Of a stretch of 64,000 bases of DNA, positions 27,971 to 36,886 are shown one piece after another; the first letter of the stretch is position 1, and the number at the start of each line of letters is the position of its first letter. The stretch is from Patescibacteria group bacterium (lineage in GTDB: Bacteria > Patescibacteriota > Patescibacteriia > UBA9934). Under the pieces are notes generated by a model. That model was given only the letters and a program-made list of their open reading frames with translations. It was not told where the DNA came from and searched no databases. A program made the position numbers and the translations under genes. The stretch is taken from NCBI GenBank assembly GCA_041666145.1, contig JBAYHK010000002.1:64260-128259 (forward strand). Reading direction: 5' to 3'.

Positions 27971-28780
27971 TCATCTTTTCCTCACAACCGCCTGCAACGT
28001 ACTTACCACGAATATGACAATAAGACATAGAACAATTGTTCCTCCAGTTGCAAGATCAAAGGCGTAAGAGACTCCAAGGCCAACGAAAACGCTTAGAATT
28101 GACAGAAGAACGGCAATGGCCATCGTCTCCTTAAATCCACGCTGAAATTGCGTTGCTGCAAGAACAGGAATAACCATAAGCGCTCCAATGAGAAGGATTC
28201 CAACAACGCGCATAGAAACCGCAACTGTTGCCGCAGTAAGAATCGCAAGGAGCAAACTATCCATAGTAACCGGCAATCCATTCGCTCTGGCAATGTCCTC
28301 ATCGAATGAAAGAAGAAAGAACTTTGAATATCGGAATGCCACAATACACAAAGTCACTACAACAAGCCCACCAATAATCCACAAATCTTGAACGCTCACC
28401 GTTGTAATACTTCCAAAAAGATATGCGAGTATTCCACCATTAAACGCCTTTACTGCACTCATCGCGACAACAGCAAAAGCTAAACTTCCAGAAAGAAAAA
28501 GTGCGAGAATAGATTCTCCACTAAATTTTCCAGAAAAACGAAGCCGTTCAATGCCGATCGCAACAATAACTGCAACGATCAACGCAGAGGCTACTGGATT
28601 CCATCCAAGAAGAACGCCAATCGCGACACCGGCAAGTGAAGCATGAGAAAGCGTATCTGCAATGAGCGAATATCGACGAACCGTTAAAAATATTCCCAAA
28701 ACTGGAGCAACAATCGCCACCAAAATACCGCTAACAAGCGCTCGAGTGAGAAAATCGTATGCAAAAAAGTCGGCAAACAT
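27971..28780 (-). CDS. znuB: Zn/Mn ABC transporter permease
   Basis: DTLSHASLAG, YLFGSI, SFDEDIA and VVGILLIGALMVIP motifs. Confidence 0.9.
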   Translation of the reverse strand: MFADFFAYDFLTRALVSGILVAIVAPVLGIFLTVRRYSLIADTLSHASLAGVAIGVLLGWNPVASALIVAVIVAIGIERLRFSGKFSGESILALFLSGSLAFAVVAMSAVKAFNGGILAYLFGSITTVSVQDLWIIGGLVVVTLCIVAFRYSKFFLLSFDEDIARANGLPVTMDSLLLAILTAATVAVSMRVVGILLIGALMVIPVLAATQFQRGFKETMAIAVLLSILSVFVGLGVSYAFDLATGGTIVLCLIVIFVVSTLQAVVRKR

Positions 28781-28781
28781 A

Positions 28782-29468
28782 CTAGTGTCCATAGTGTTCG
28801 GTTCTTACTTTATGCATAACGTCTGTAGGATCTCCATGACAAACAAGATGACGATTTAAGCACAATATTCGCTCAACTTCATTCGCGATAACGTCCGTAT
28901 CATGAGATACGATCACAATCGAAAGCCCCTTTCGATGAAGCTCACGGAGAAATGAATAAAACTCCTCCTGACTTTCAGGATCTATTGCAGAAGTCGGCTC
29001 ATCGAGAAATAACACATCTGGCTCGCCTGCCAAAGCTCGAGCAATCATGACCCGTTGGCGTTCGCCTCCAGAAAGCGTTCCTATTCTTTGACGTCGAAGA
29101 TGAGAGACTCCAGTTGTTTTCATTGCCTTCGCAATCGATCGTTTGCGATGATGATTTGAAACTCGGATAATAATCCCACTCGCAATAATCTCTTCAACTG
29201 TTGCGGGAAAAATAACATCGCCAGAGCTTGAACGCTGCGGAACGTAACCAATTTTTGTTTTATCTATTTGCGAAATAATTGAACCATGGGTGGGTTGCGC
29301 TAACCCAAGAAGCAATCGTAACAACGTAGTCTTCCCTCCCCCATTTGGACCAATAATTCCAATATATTCACCGCGACGAATCTCGAACGTCAAACCGGAA
29401 AGAATATTTTTTTCTCCAATGGAATATGAAACGTGCTCTAAAGAAAACAACGGTTTCGCTAACGACAT
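28782..29468 (-). CDS. znuC: Zn/Mn ABC transporter ATPase
   Basis: GPNGGGKT, GYVPQ, LSGGERQR, LDEPT and VSHD motifs. Confidence 0.9.
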   Translation of the reverse strand: MSLAKPLFSLEHVSYSIGEKNILSGLTFEIRRGEYIGIIGPNGGGKTTLLRLLLGLAQPTHGSIISQIDKTKIGYVPQRSSSGDVIFPATVEEIIASGIIIRVSNHHRKRSIAKAMKTTGVSHLRRQRIGTLSGGERQRVMIARALAGEPDVLFLDEPTSAIDPESQEEFYSFLRELHRKGLSIVIVSHDTDVIANEVERILCLNRHLVCHGDPTDVMHKVRTEHYGH

Positions 29469-30349
29469 ATCATTGCAGTTGAGAGCTTTTCAAGATTCAA
29501 CATCATAATGTCAGTATACCCTGTCGATTCCTCAAATCCCGCAGTCAAACTCTCGATTGGATCAAGAACTTCACTCTGAACATTCGTCTCTTGAGCAATT
29601 GTTTTTGACAGCGCATCACTAGAAAGTGATTCAAAGAAGACGGTAGTGATGTGATGCGAACGAACAGTGTCCATGATCTGCGCGATGGCCGCAGCAGAAG
29701 GCTCCTCTTCGGGATTTATTCCAGAAACGCCGTAAATTGTAAAATCATATCGATCTGCTAAAAAGTTAAATGCCTCATGAGCAGAAACAACTTCTCGAAC
29801 CTCGCACGAAGAAAGAGTCTTTCGATATGCAGCATCAATTGCAGCAATTTCTGCGACTTTCCTTTCTACATTTGCATGAATAATTTCGGCACGACTTGGA
29901 TCGATACGCTCAAGTTGACTTCCGATATTTCGAACAATGCTCTGGGCATAAATCGGATCAAGCCATACGTGAGGATCTTCAAGCGAAAGATTCAGCGAGT
30001 CAAGAGCGGAGACCGTTAGGCTGTCTCTCTCATCAATCACATCTACTGCCCACTCATCAACAACACGATTCACTAATAAAAGATCGGCATCTTGGATTGC
30101 CTTCATGTCTCCCATTGTTGGTTCGAAGTCATGAGGCTCCATGCCAGGACCAACAATAGTAATCACTTCTGCCGCTGGATCTAATCCCATTGCAAAATAT
30201 GCAAGCGGATAGATGGTGGCAACGATAGAAATCTTTTTATCATCGTTTAAAGAATCAGAAATCTGATCTTTAGAAAAAAGAATGAGTGTAAAGGCGCCAA
30301 TGCAAAGCGCGATTAAGATAAGTGAGCAGCGGAAGAGCATGCGTTGCAT
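29459..30349 (-). CDS. znuA: Zn/Mn ABC transporter substrate-binding protein
   Basis: EPHDFEP, DPHVWLDP and HEAFNFL motifs. Confidence 0.9.
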   Translation of the reverse strand: MQRMLFRCSLILIALCIGAFTLILFSKDQISDSLNDDKKISIVATIYPLAYFAMGLDPAAEVITIVGPGMEPHDFEPTMGDMKAIQDADLLLVNRVVDEWAVDVIDERDSLTVSALDSLNLSLEDPHVWLDPIYAQSIVRNIGSQLERIDPSRAEIIHANVERKVAEIAAIDAAYRKTLSSCEVREVVSAHEAFNFLADRYDFTIYGVSGINPEEEPSAAAIAQIMDTVRSHHITTVFFESLSSDALSKTIAQETNVQSEVLDPIESLTAGFEESTGYTDIMMLNLEKLSTAMICR

Positions 30350-30765
30350 AGACCAAAGAATTCTAGAGAATGATGAGTGACAGTGAAATGCGTCGCAGCT
30401 TCGATGCGTCGCTCTTCGTTATGAAGTTCTCGAACAAGGTCAACATCTGCAACCTCATGACAATTTGTGCAAATAACATGATGGTGGTGACCATGATCAG
30501 TCAGCTCGTAGTGAAGACTACTGTCATTGAAAAGAATAGGGGTGATAACGTCGACAGAAGAGAGATATTCGAGCTCACGATAAAGTGATGTTCTGTGTGG
30601 GAGGACCTTCCTTTTTTTTAAGGATCTCTCGATTTCGACCTTTGAAAATGGCCTCTTATTCTCTGCCAGGATCTCGATAATCGTTCGTCGAAGCTTTGTG
30701 ATTCGAATTCCTTCATCTTTCAACTCTACGATGACGCTATGAGCCAAGGGATTGTTTGATTCCAT
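30313..30765 (-). CDS. zur: Fur-family regulator, probably Zur
   Basis: RIT..R, SLYR.L, HHHHVICTNC and GLCNAC motifs; heads the znu operon. Confidence 0.8.
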   Translation of the reverse strand: MESNNPLAHSVIVELKDEGIRITKLRRTIIEILAENKRPFSKVEIERSLKKRKVLPHRTSLYRELEYLSSVDVITPILFNDSSLHYELTDHGHHHHVICTNCHEVADVDLVRELHNEERRIEAATHFTVTHHSLEFFGLCNACSSAAHLS

Positions 30766-30775
30766 ACAAGAGAAT

Positions 30776-30800
30776 GTTAATGCAACATTGTTGCATTAAC
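30776..30800. promoter_or_regulatory. Perfect palindrome, putative Zur/Fur operator
   Basis: GTTAATGCAACA-T-TGTTGCATTAAC, 10 nt upstream of the zur ATG. Confidence 0.75.
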
Positions 30801-30900
30801 AAGAACCCGGTTTTCAAAAACACATACCTCGCTCTCGCCTCTCCGTTCACTTCCATTCAAATCCTATTTTCTAACCCCTTCAAAAGACTCACTTTCACAC

Positions 30901-31506
30901 CTATCCCTTTGCCAAACTCCACCGAACAACACACTCGACCCCCGCGTCTTTCAACACCTCCTCAGCTGCATCCATCGTTGCTCCAGTCGTCTCAACATCA
31001 TCAATAAGCAATATACGCCTTGGCATTTCACATCCCCTTCTCACCCTCATCGGATTCTTTTTCAAAGACTTTCCTCTCATTTCATGCGTTAAATTCGCCT
31101 GCGCTTTTACTCCATAACGACGTTCAAGAACATCCATAACTGGCAGATCCAGCATGCTTCCAACAACACGCGAAAGATCTCTTACTTGATGGAATCCGCG
31201 CCATCGCTCCTTCCAACCTGATAGTGGAACTGGAACAATCGCATGAATATTCGCTGCACGAATCTGCAATCGCAAAGGCATCAAACGAGGCACAAGTAAA
31301 CGCGAAAGTGCGAAGAGTCCGGCCCCATCTCCGTCATATTTCCAGGCACAAATCAGTCTGCGAATCACAGGGTTCGCATACGCAAAAGGCGGACCATCAA
31401 AAGAAAGATCCGCCAAACATTGCAAGCACAATAACGCCCCTTCTTGTTCGCAGTGTACGCAATATCTCGGAAAACAGGCACGAAAAACTACACGCCATCC
31501 GTCCAT
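30901..31506 (-). CDS. comF: ComF family phosphoribosyltransferase-like competence protein
   Basis: N-terminal CxxC...CxxC, VPVPL, RGFHQ and LIDDVETTGAT motifs. Confidence 0.9.
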   Translation of the reverse strand: MDGWRVVFRACFPRYCVHCEQEGALLCLQCLADLSFDGPPFAYANPVIRRLICAWKYDGDGAGLFALSRLLVPRLMPLRLQIRAANIHAIVPVPLSGWKERWRGFHQVRDLSRVVGSMLDLPVMDVLERRYGVKAQANLTHEMRGKSLKKNPMRVRRGCEMPRRILLIDDVETTGATMDAAEEVLKDAGVECVVRWSLAKG

Positions 31507-32066
31507 ACATATCCATCAACCAACCACGTTGTTCCAGACTTTATTAGCGTTACGGTGATCGACTGATATTTCACTAAAGTATTCCCTGGTGCATCAATCG
31601 TCTCTTCGCGCTGCGTTGTCATAGAAAGCACCGTCTGTGTCGAACTTGCGCTTATAATTTTTGGTGTAGTAATCACAACAGTTGAAATGCCGTAATACGC
31701 TCCATCGGAAGCCGCTCGAACATCCTTCACGAGTTTCTCAAGCTGTTTTTGAAATGACGGCGTTGCCATAGAAAGAACGTCCTCGATGTTTGCGGCATCT
31801 GCTTCTGATGAATAGCTTCCGAAACGCTCAACAAAAGTTCGCGCAACAGTTGACGCCGACGTCTCTTTTACAACGGGCGGCTCAACAACATCGGAAACTG
31901 CATTCGAATCCGTTGTTTTACTCGTTGACGCTGGAATATTCGAAGTTGAAGGAACAACCGAATCCTGTATTTGAGCAACTGGCCATTTCCACCACACAAT
32001 AAATCCTAAAAAGATGAGAATAATTCCGACTGCAACGGCAATTTCAATTTTTGTTTTTCGTTCCAT
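31488..32066 (-). CDS. Bitopic membrane protein, VirB8/TcpC-like candidate
   Basis: N-terminal TM segment, ARTFVERFGSYS helix and C-terminal strands ending WLVDG (NTF2-like pattern); directly downstream of the VirB4-like gene. Confidence 0.55.
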   Translation of the reverse strand: MERKTKIEIAVAVGIILIFLGFIVWWKWPVAQIQDSVVPSTSNIPASTSKTTDSNAVSDVVEPPVVKETSASTVARTFVERFGSYSSEADAANIEDVLSMATPSFQKQLEKLVKDVRAASDGAYYGISTVVITTPKIISASSTQTVLSMTTQREETIDAPGNTLVKYQSITVTLIKSGTTWLVDGYVWTDGV

Positions 32067-32069
32067 ACA

Positions 32070-33974
32070 TTATGATTGTTCTATTTGTTCTTGCGCAAGT
32101 CGCTTTTTCTCCTGTTCAATTTCGAGAAGTTGTTGCGGATTCGTTGTAACAAGCTGATCTTCTGTATATGACGCAACAATCTTGATTGCTGCATGCTTTT
32201 GGCCAGCAAAGAAAATTCCTTCTCCAACCGCAGATTCAAGAAGCAGATACTTTTCACTTTGTGTAAGATTAAATGTTTCTGAAATGCGATCAACACCAGC
32301 TGGAGATTGTTTAAGCAAAAGCTGTAATGACGAATTCGTCACGATCGCTTGACCGTATGTTGAAGTCAAAAAATCATTCACGTCTTGCGTAATCGTAGTC
32401 ACCCCTAAGAAATATTTTCGAGCGCGCTTTACAAGTGCAAAAATAAATTTCGCAGAATCTTCATTTTGCATGAGCCACCACGCCTCGTCGATAACAAGAA
32501 TTCGCTTCTTTCGCTCTGAACGAACCACGTTCCAGATATAGTTCACAATGGTATAAATTCCCATTGCTCGAAGCTCATCTTCCAAATCTCGAACTGAAAA
32601 AACCACCAGCTGATTGCGCATCTCAACCGTTGTTGGAGAATTCAAAAGTCCAGAGAACGTTCCACTCGTAAACTTTTGTAAACGCGCAACTAAGTTTGCG
32701 CCACCCTCCATTCCCTCCAACACCTGAAGCAAATCCTCAAGAATTGGGTAATCAAGAACTCCAGCCAACGACGACAAATCCGGCGTAATGTCTCGTTTTG
32801 CATAAGATTCCAAAAGCGCTCTGTCCAGCAAAGAATCCTCTTCTGGTGTGAATCCAAGAGTGCCCTTCTCGCCCATCGGCTTACCAATCATGATGCGAAG
32901 AAGCCCCTTTAATGTAATAACTGCACTTCGCAAAATGTCATCAACCGATGTCTCGTCCCCTTTTGCTCGAGGAAGATCGAACGGATTGACCTTACTGTCA
33001 GATGCCAGAGAAACATTAATGTACGTTCCACCAACTGCATCAGAAAGCTGCCGATATTCCATTTCAGGGTCAATGACAATAACATCGATCCCCATCATCA
33101 TTGATCGTAAAATCTCAAGTTTCACCGCATAAGACTTTCCAGCACCAGATGTTGCAAAAACAACTGCATTCGCATTCTGTAAACTAAAACGATCGAATAA
33201 AATCAACGAATTGTTGTGACGATTTATTCCGTATAAAATTCCATTATCACTTGTAACATCTGAAGAGATAAAAGGATACGACGACGCAATCGGCGACGTA
33301 TTCATGTTAAACGTAATCATCAGCTCATCATTCGCAAGCGGAAGCGTTGCATTGAATCCTTGCTCAGTTTGATAGAATCCGCGCTTTGAGTAAATAAGTT
33401 TTTGACCAAATATTGCCTCTATCTCTTCTGTTCGACGATCGAGTTCTTCTTTGTCCTTTGCGTAAATCGTCACGTAAAACGCGAATTGAAAAAAGTGTTC
33501 AATTCCCTGCGTGAGATCATCACGAAGCTGCTCAACATCGCGCAATGCAGTTTCGCGAACTGGATCTCTAGGCTTCCCACTGTCACTATCCGAAACAACT
33601 TGCGACTCTAAAACACCCACCTTATTTCGAAGCTGCTTCAAAATGACTTCTGGCTTGATGGGATAAAAATACATCGAAATATCAAGCGTGCTGTTGTAAT
33701 TAATAATTGGTGCGCCCCAACCAATGCCAACATATCGCGGATATGTCGTAACGAATACCGTCCGCACGTACATGTCACCTAGATGAAGAAATGCGGAGTC
33801 CACTTCAAAACTTGAAGGTGAGATCAAATCTCGAACACTTACAGTTCCACGACGATAGATACGCTCCTCCTCAAGCGTTGTGCGTTCCTGCAATAAACGC
33901 AGCTGCGCCTCAGAAAGCTTTTTCTGTTCTACTGGAACATTAATGTTCTGTTGTTTTCCAAGATCAAAAGCCAT
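32070..33974 (-). CDS. VirB4/TraE-like conjugation-type ATPase
   Basis: YGIN, ATSGAGKS Walker A, VIDPEMEY, IDEAW Walker B and RARKY...TITQ motifs. Confidence 0.9.
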   Translation of the reverse strand: MAFDLGKQQNINVPVEQKKLSEAQLRLLQERTTLEEERIYRRGTVSVRDLISPSSFEVDSAFLHLGDMYVRTVFVTTYPRYVGIGWGAPIINYNSTLDISMYFYPIKPEVILKQLRNKVGVLESQVVSDSDSGKPRDPVRETALRDVEQLRDDLTQGIEHFFQFAFYVTIYAKDKEELDRRTEEIEAIFGQKLIYSKRGFYQTEQGFNATLPLANDELMITFNMNTSPIASSYPFISSDVTSDNGILYGINRHNNSLILFDRFSLQNANAVVFATSGAGKSYAVKLEILRSMMMGIDVIVIDPEMEYRQLSDAVGGTYINVSLASDSKVNPFDLPRAKGDETSVDDILRSAVITLKGLLRIMIGKPMGEKGTLGFTPEEDSLLDRALLESYAKRDITPDLSSLAGVLDYPILEDLLQVLEGMEGGANLVARLQKFTSGTFSGLLNSPTTVEMRNQLVVFSVRDLEDELRAMGIYTIVNYIWNVVRSERKKRILVIDEAWWLMQNEDSAKFIFALVKRARKYFLGVTTITQDVNDFLTSTYGQAIVTNSSLQLLLKQSPAGVDRISETFNLTQSEKYLLLESAVGEGIFFAGQKHAAIKIVASYTEDQLVTTNPQQLLEIEQEKKRLAQEQIEQS

Positions 33975-33975
33975 A

Positions 33976-34659
33976 CTAGAAATGCGTTTCCACACGGAGC
34001 TTTCCAACATCAACAAGTTTTTCCGCGTCGTACACATCTGGGTTATACGACGAATAATAAAGTTCAATAAGTCCTTGTGTATCAAGCATGACAACTTGTA
34101 AACCCATACTCGTCAGGCCAGAGGCTACTGTAGAAGTGCGCTGCATAAGCGAGTATCGACGTTCACGAAAACGTTTCTCATTTAACTTTACAATTTTTGC
34201 TGGTGAGAACGCAGAAGAAAGCTTTGACATGAACCCTTTTCCTTTTTCGTTTCCCTCGGTCGGGTCATACGGAATCACAACAAAAAATCGCTTTTGCATG
34301 ATTTGGCCCATCTCAACTAATTCCTTAATAAAGGATGTATAGTCTCGAATCTGTGTTCGTAAAAGCTCATTATGAATAGCATCCTCCTGTTTCTTAAGTG
34401 CATTTATGTACCCGTCAACATTCATGCGTCTCGATTGAATCGATATCTGAAGCGGATGGTCTAAGCCATTCAAAAATTGCATGTAACCTTGAATGATCGC
34501 CTGTTGTTCATCTTCACTTTTTAAAGCAAAGTTGATACTCGAAACCATAAGTACTGCACGAAGTGTTCCGTCTTTCATGACCACGCAATCTTCACGAATT
34601 TCGGCAATATCTAAATATCGTTGGGTTGGTTGGCCAGATTTATGAGGTGCATTTGCCAT
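33976..34659 (-). CDS. T4SS-associated protein resembling a VirB4 N-terminal region
   Basis: VLMVSSINFALKS.DEQ..I..Y..FLN.L motif; lies between prgI and the ATPase. Confidence 0.65.
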   Translation of the reverse strand: MANAPHKSGQPTQRYLDIAEIREDCVVMKDGTLRAVLMVSSINFALKSEDEQQAIIQGYMQFLNGLDHPLQISIQSRRMNVDGYINALKKQEDAIHNELLRTQIRDYTSFIKELVEMGQIMQKRFFVVIPYDPTEGNEKGKGFMSKLSSAFSPAKIVKLNEKRFRERRYSLMQRTSTVASGLTSMGLQVVMLDTQGLIELYYSSYNPDVYDAEKLVDVGKLRVETHF

Positions 34660-34661
34660 AT

Positions 34662-35102
34662 TTATACATCTTCATCTGATTCATAAACGCCACCCGTATT
34701 CACGACTAATGTAAGCTCATTAAGTCGCGATCGCTCAAGTGGAGCTTTTCGTACTGGAGGCGTAATAATTTCTTCATCAACTTTCTGTAAAAACATTCTT
34801 ATATCCGCATCACTCAATGTCTTATCCCAAATGCGAAGCTTTGGCTTCTGAAATGTTTGTATAAAATTCAGCACAATAAAATGGAACGGCTGTCCATTTA
34901 CTTTTGCAAATGCAAACATGAGTCCTATTCCAAGCACCGGAACACCGAATAAAACAACAAAGATGATGTTTAAAAAAATGCGATAAATGAGAAACTCTAC
35001 AACGAGCACCGCGAGCATAATCAAAAATTGTCGCGCAGTAACCGGCCCGATGATCTTACTTTCCACGTCCAAAAATTGTGGAACAACGAATTGATTGGGC
35101 AT
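34662..35102 (-). CDS. PrgI family membrane protein
   Basis: VPQF.DVESKIIGPVTARQF motif and two TMs; TGCTACAAT 6 nt before the ATG. Confidence 0.85.
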   Translation of the reverse strand: MPNQFVVPQFLDVESKIIGPVTARQFLIMLAVLVVEFLIYRIFLNIIFVVLFGVPVLGIGLMFAFAKVNGQPFHFIVLNFIQTFQKPKLRIWDKTLSDADIRMFLQKVDEEIITPPVRKAPLERSRLNELTLVVNTGGVYESDEDV

Positions 35103-35119
35103 GAAAGTATTGTAGCACG

Positions 35120-36880
35120 CTAAAATCTCAATTTTTCGTTCAAACTACTCACTGCACGAATCTCTGCAGGGCTTAAACTCTCCTCACCTGCAGCACGACG
35201 CTTCGCAGCAATTTCCGCAACAGCAACGCTCCGCATTAATGCTGCAGTAGTCATAGATGCATACAATTGATTCATGGGACTCTTATGCCAAGCCGCAATT
35301 CCCTTTACGCGATCTTCATAAGATTGCGCCTCAAGAGTAGAAAGAATGTCTTCAATTTTTTGAACGGCGTCTGCAGGAACTGATGACAATCGACGGAACT
35401 CCGTCGGAGTCATGGCGCGAAGCTCATCAACTGGGCCAATAAGACGTTTAACCGGTTGAATGTCTGTAAGCACACGATCATGCTGCGCTGGCGCAACAGA
35501 ACCAACGGTCAACATCGGCTTTACCGGCGTTGGACGACTTGCAATTGCGGCCTCAACGAGCTTTTCTTCTGAAACAGCCTTAATCTGCTGCGTCTGTTCT
35601 TCTTCTGCAGTACGCGCAAGGCTTACTCGAGATCCTGGAAGAACACCTTCTTCATGTGTTCGTGGTGCGTCCTTGACTAATGCGGCGAAACGTTTATCCA
35701 GAGTAGCATCCGGAATCTGAACATTGTCTTCTTCTCTACCCGAAATCGATTCATTCTCATCACGCGACACTATCAACTTCTGCGCTTCTTCGACTGCTGC
35801 AATTATCTTCTCAAGATCTTCACCCTGTACGTTTAAATCACGCGCCAAAACATCACGAGTCTGATACAAATTTCTTACTCCTTTTATCGTCTTCAAAACA
35901 ATCTCACGAAATGCCTGTTCGGAAATACTAAGCTTCTGCAAAATTGTCCGTGCATTCTCAACCGCCCGGTCTGCAACAGAATCTTCTTGATGCGCAACGC
36001 CCCCACCATCCATTGAAACACGAGCCACCTGCTGTGCCTTTTTCGTTGCTTCCCGTAACTCTGCATGCCAATTCCCATCCCTATCAGCAACCTTTTCCGG
36101 CGCACTAATCACCGGAACTTCCGCGGCAACTTCATGCGACGGGGAGATTTCAAGAGTTTTTATATCTGAATCTTCTTGAACTTTTTCTCTTCCCAAAAAA
36201 TCTGAAGAATCCTCCTCAATCTCTTTCAAAACCTCCTCTCCACTGTTCAAAATCGGCTCGCCAACATGATCACTTCCACCGTCTGTCAACTCAATCATGT
36301 CGCGCTGCTCATCAACAGCATTCAAAACATTGAGCGACTGTTCAGGGCTTAATCCAAGTCCACCGATGGTTGTCGCACGAGAAAAAAATGTCAGCGTCGA
36401 CTCTTTAGTTTTCTCTCCGCGCCAATACGCACCAATCAAAAATCCACAACGCTTCACGAGCACTTCAGAAAAATCTAACTCGAGTTTATCTTCAATCTGC
36501 GCGGCAAGCGTTTCTGGAGTCATTTTTACCTTCCCAACACGAGACTTTGGATATTTGCTCATGTCTGCTCCCCACGTTGTTAATTGCGCAACAACATTTG
36601 GAACAAACTCTTCAAGCGGCAGTAACCGAAACCCAACAACATCGCACGCCATCCTCACTGCTCTCTCCTCTTCAACCCCAAACGCCTGCTGCAACATTGG
36701 CGCAATTTCTTTCAAATCAACTGCCCCATCAAGCACCGCGTCAGTAAGATCAAGTAATTCAATTGCACGTTCCTTTGGCAAGGCAAACTTTTCCAAAATA
36801 GCCTCAAAAACAGAAATCACCGAACCATTCATGAGAAAAGCTTGAACTGTTGGGATTTTAATTAAGTCAACAATAGGCAT
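35120..36880 (-). CDS. Hypothetical cytoplasmic protein within the T4SS-like locus
   Basis: 586-aa ORF, 6 nt downstream of the VirB6-like gene. Confidence 0.8.
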   Translation of the reverse strand: MPIVDLIKIPTVQAFLMNGSVISVFEAILEKFALPKERAIELLDLTDAVLDGAVDLKEIAPMLQQAFGVEEERAVRMACDVVGFRLLPLEEFVPNVVAQLTTWGADMSKYPKSRVGKVKMTPETLAAQIEDKLELDFSEVLVKRCGFLIGAYWRGEKTKESTLTFFSRATTIGGLGLSPEQSLNVLNAVDEQRDMIELTDGGSDHVGEPILNSGEEVLKEIEEDSSDFLGREKVQEDSDIKTLEISPSHEVAAEVPVISAPEKVADRDGNWHAELREATKKAQQVARVSMDGGGVAHQEDSVADRAVENARTILQKLSISEQAFREIVLKTIKGVRNLYQTRDVLARDLNVQGEDLEKIIAAVEEAQKLIVSRDENESISGREEDNVQIPDATLDKRFAALVKDAPRTHEEGVLPGSRVSLARTAEEEQTQQIKAVSEEKLVEAAIASRPTPVKPMLTVGSVAPAQHDRVLTDIQPVKRLIGPVDELRAMTPTEFRRLSSVPADAVQKIEDILSTLEAQSYEDRVKGIAAWHKSPMNQLYASMTTAALMRSVAVAEIAAKRRAAGEESLSPAEIRAVSSLNEKLRF

Positions 36881-36886
36881 ACAAAA

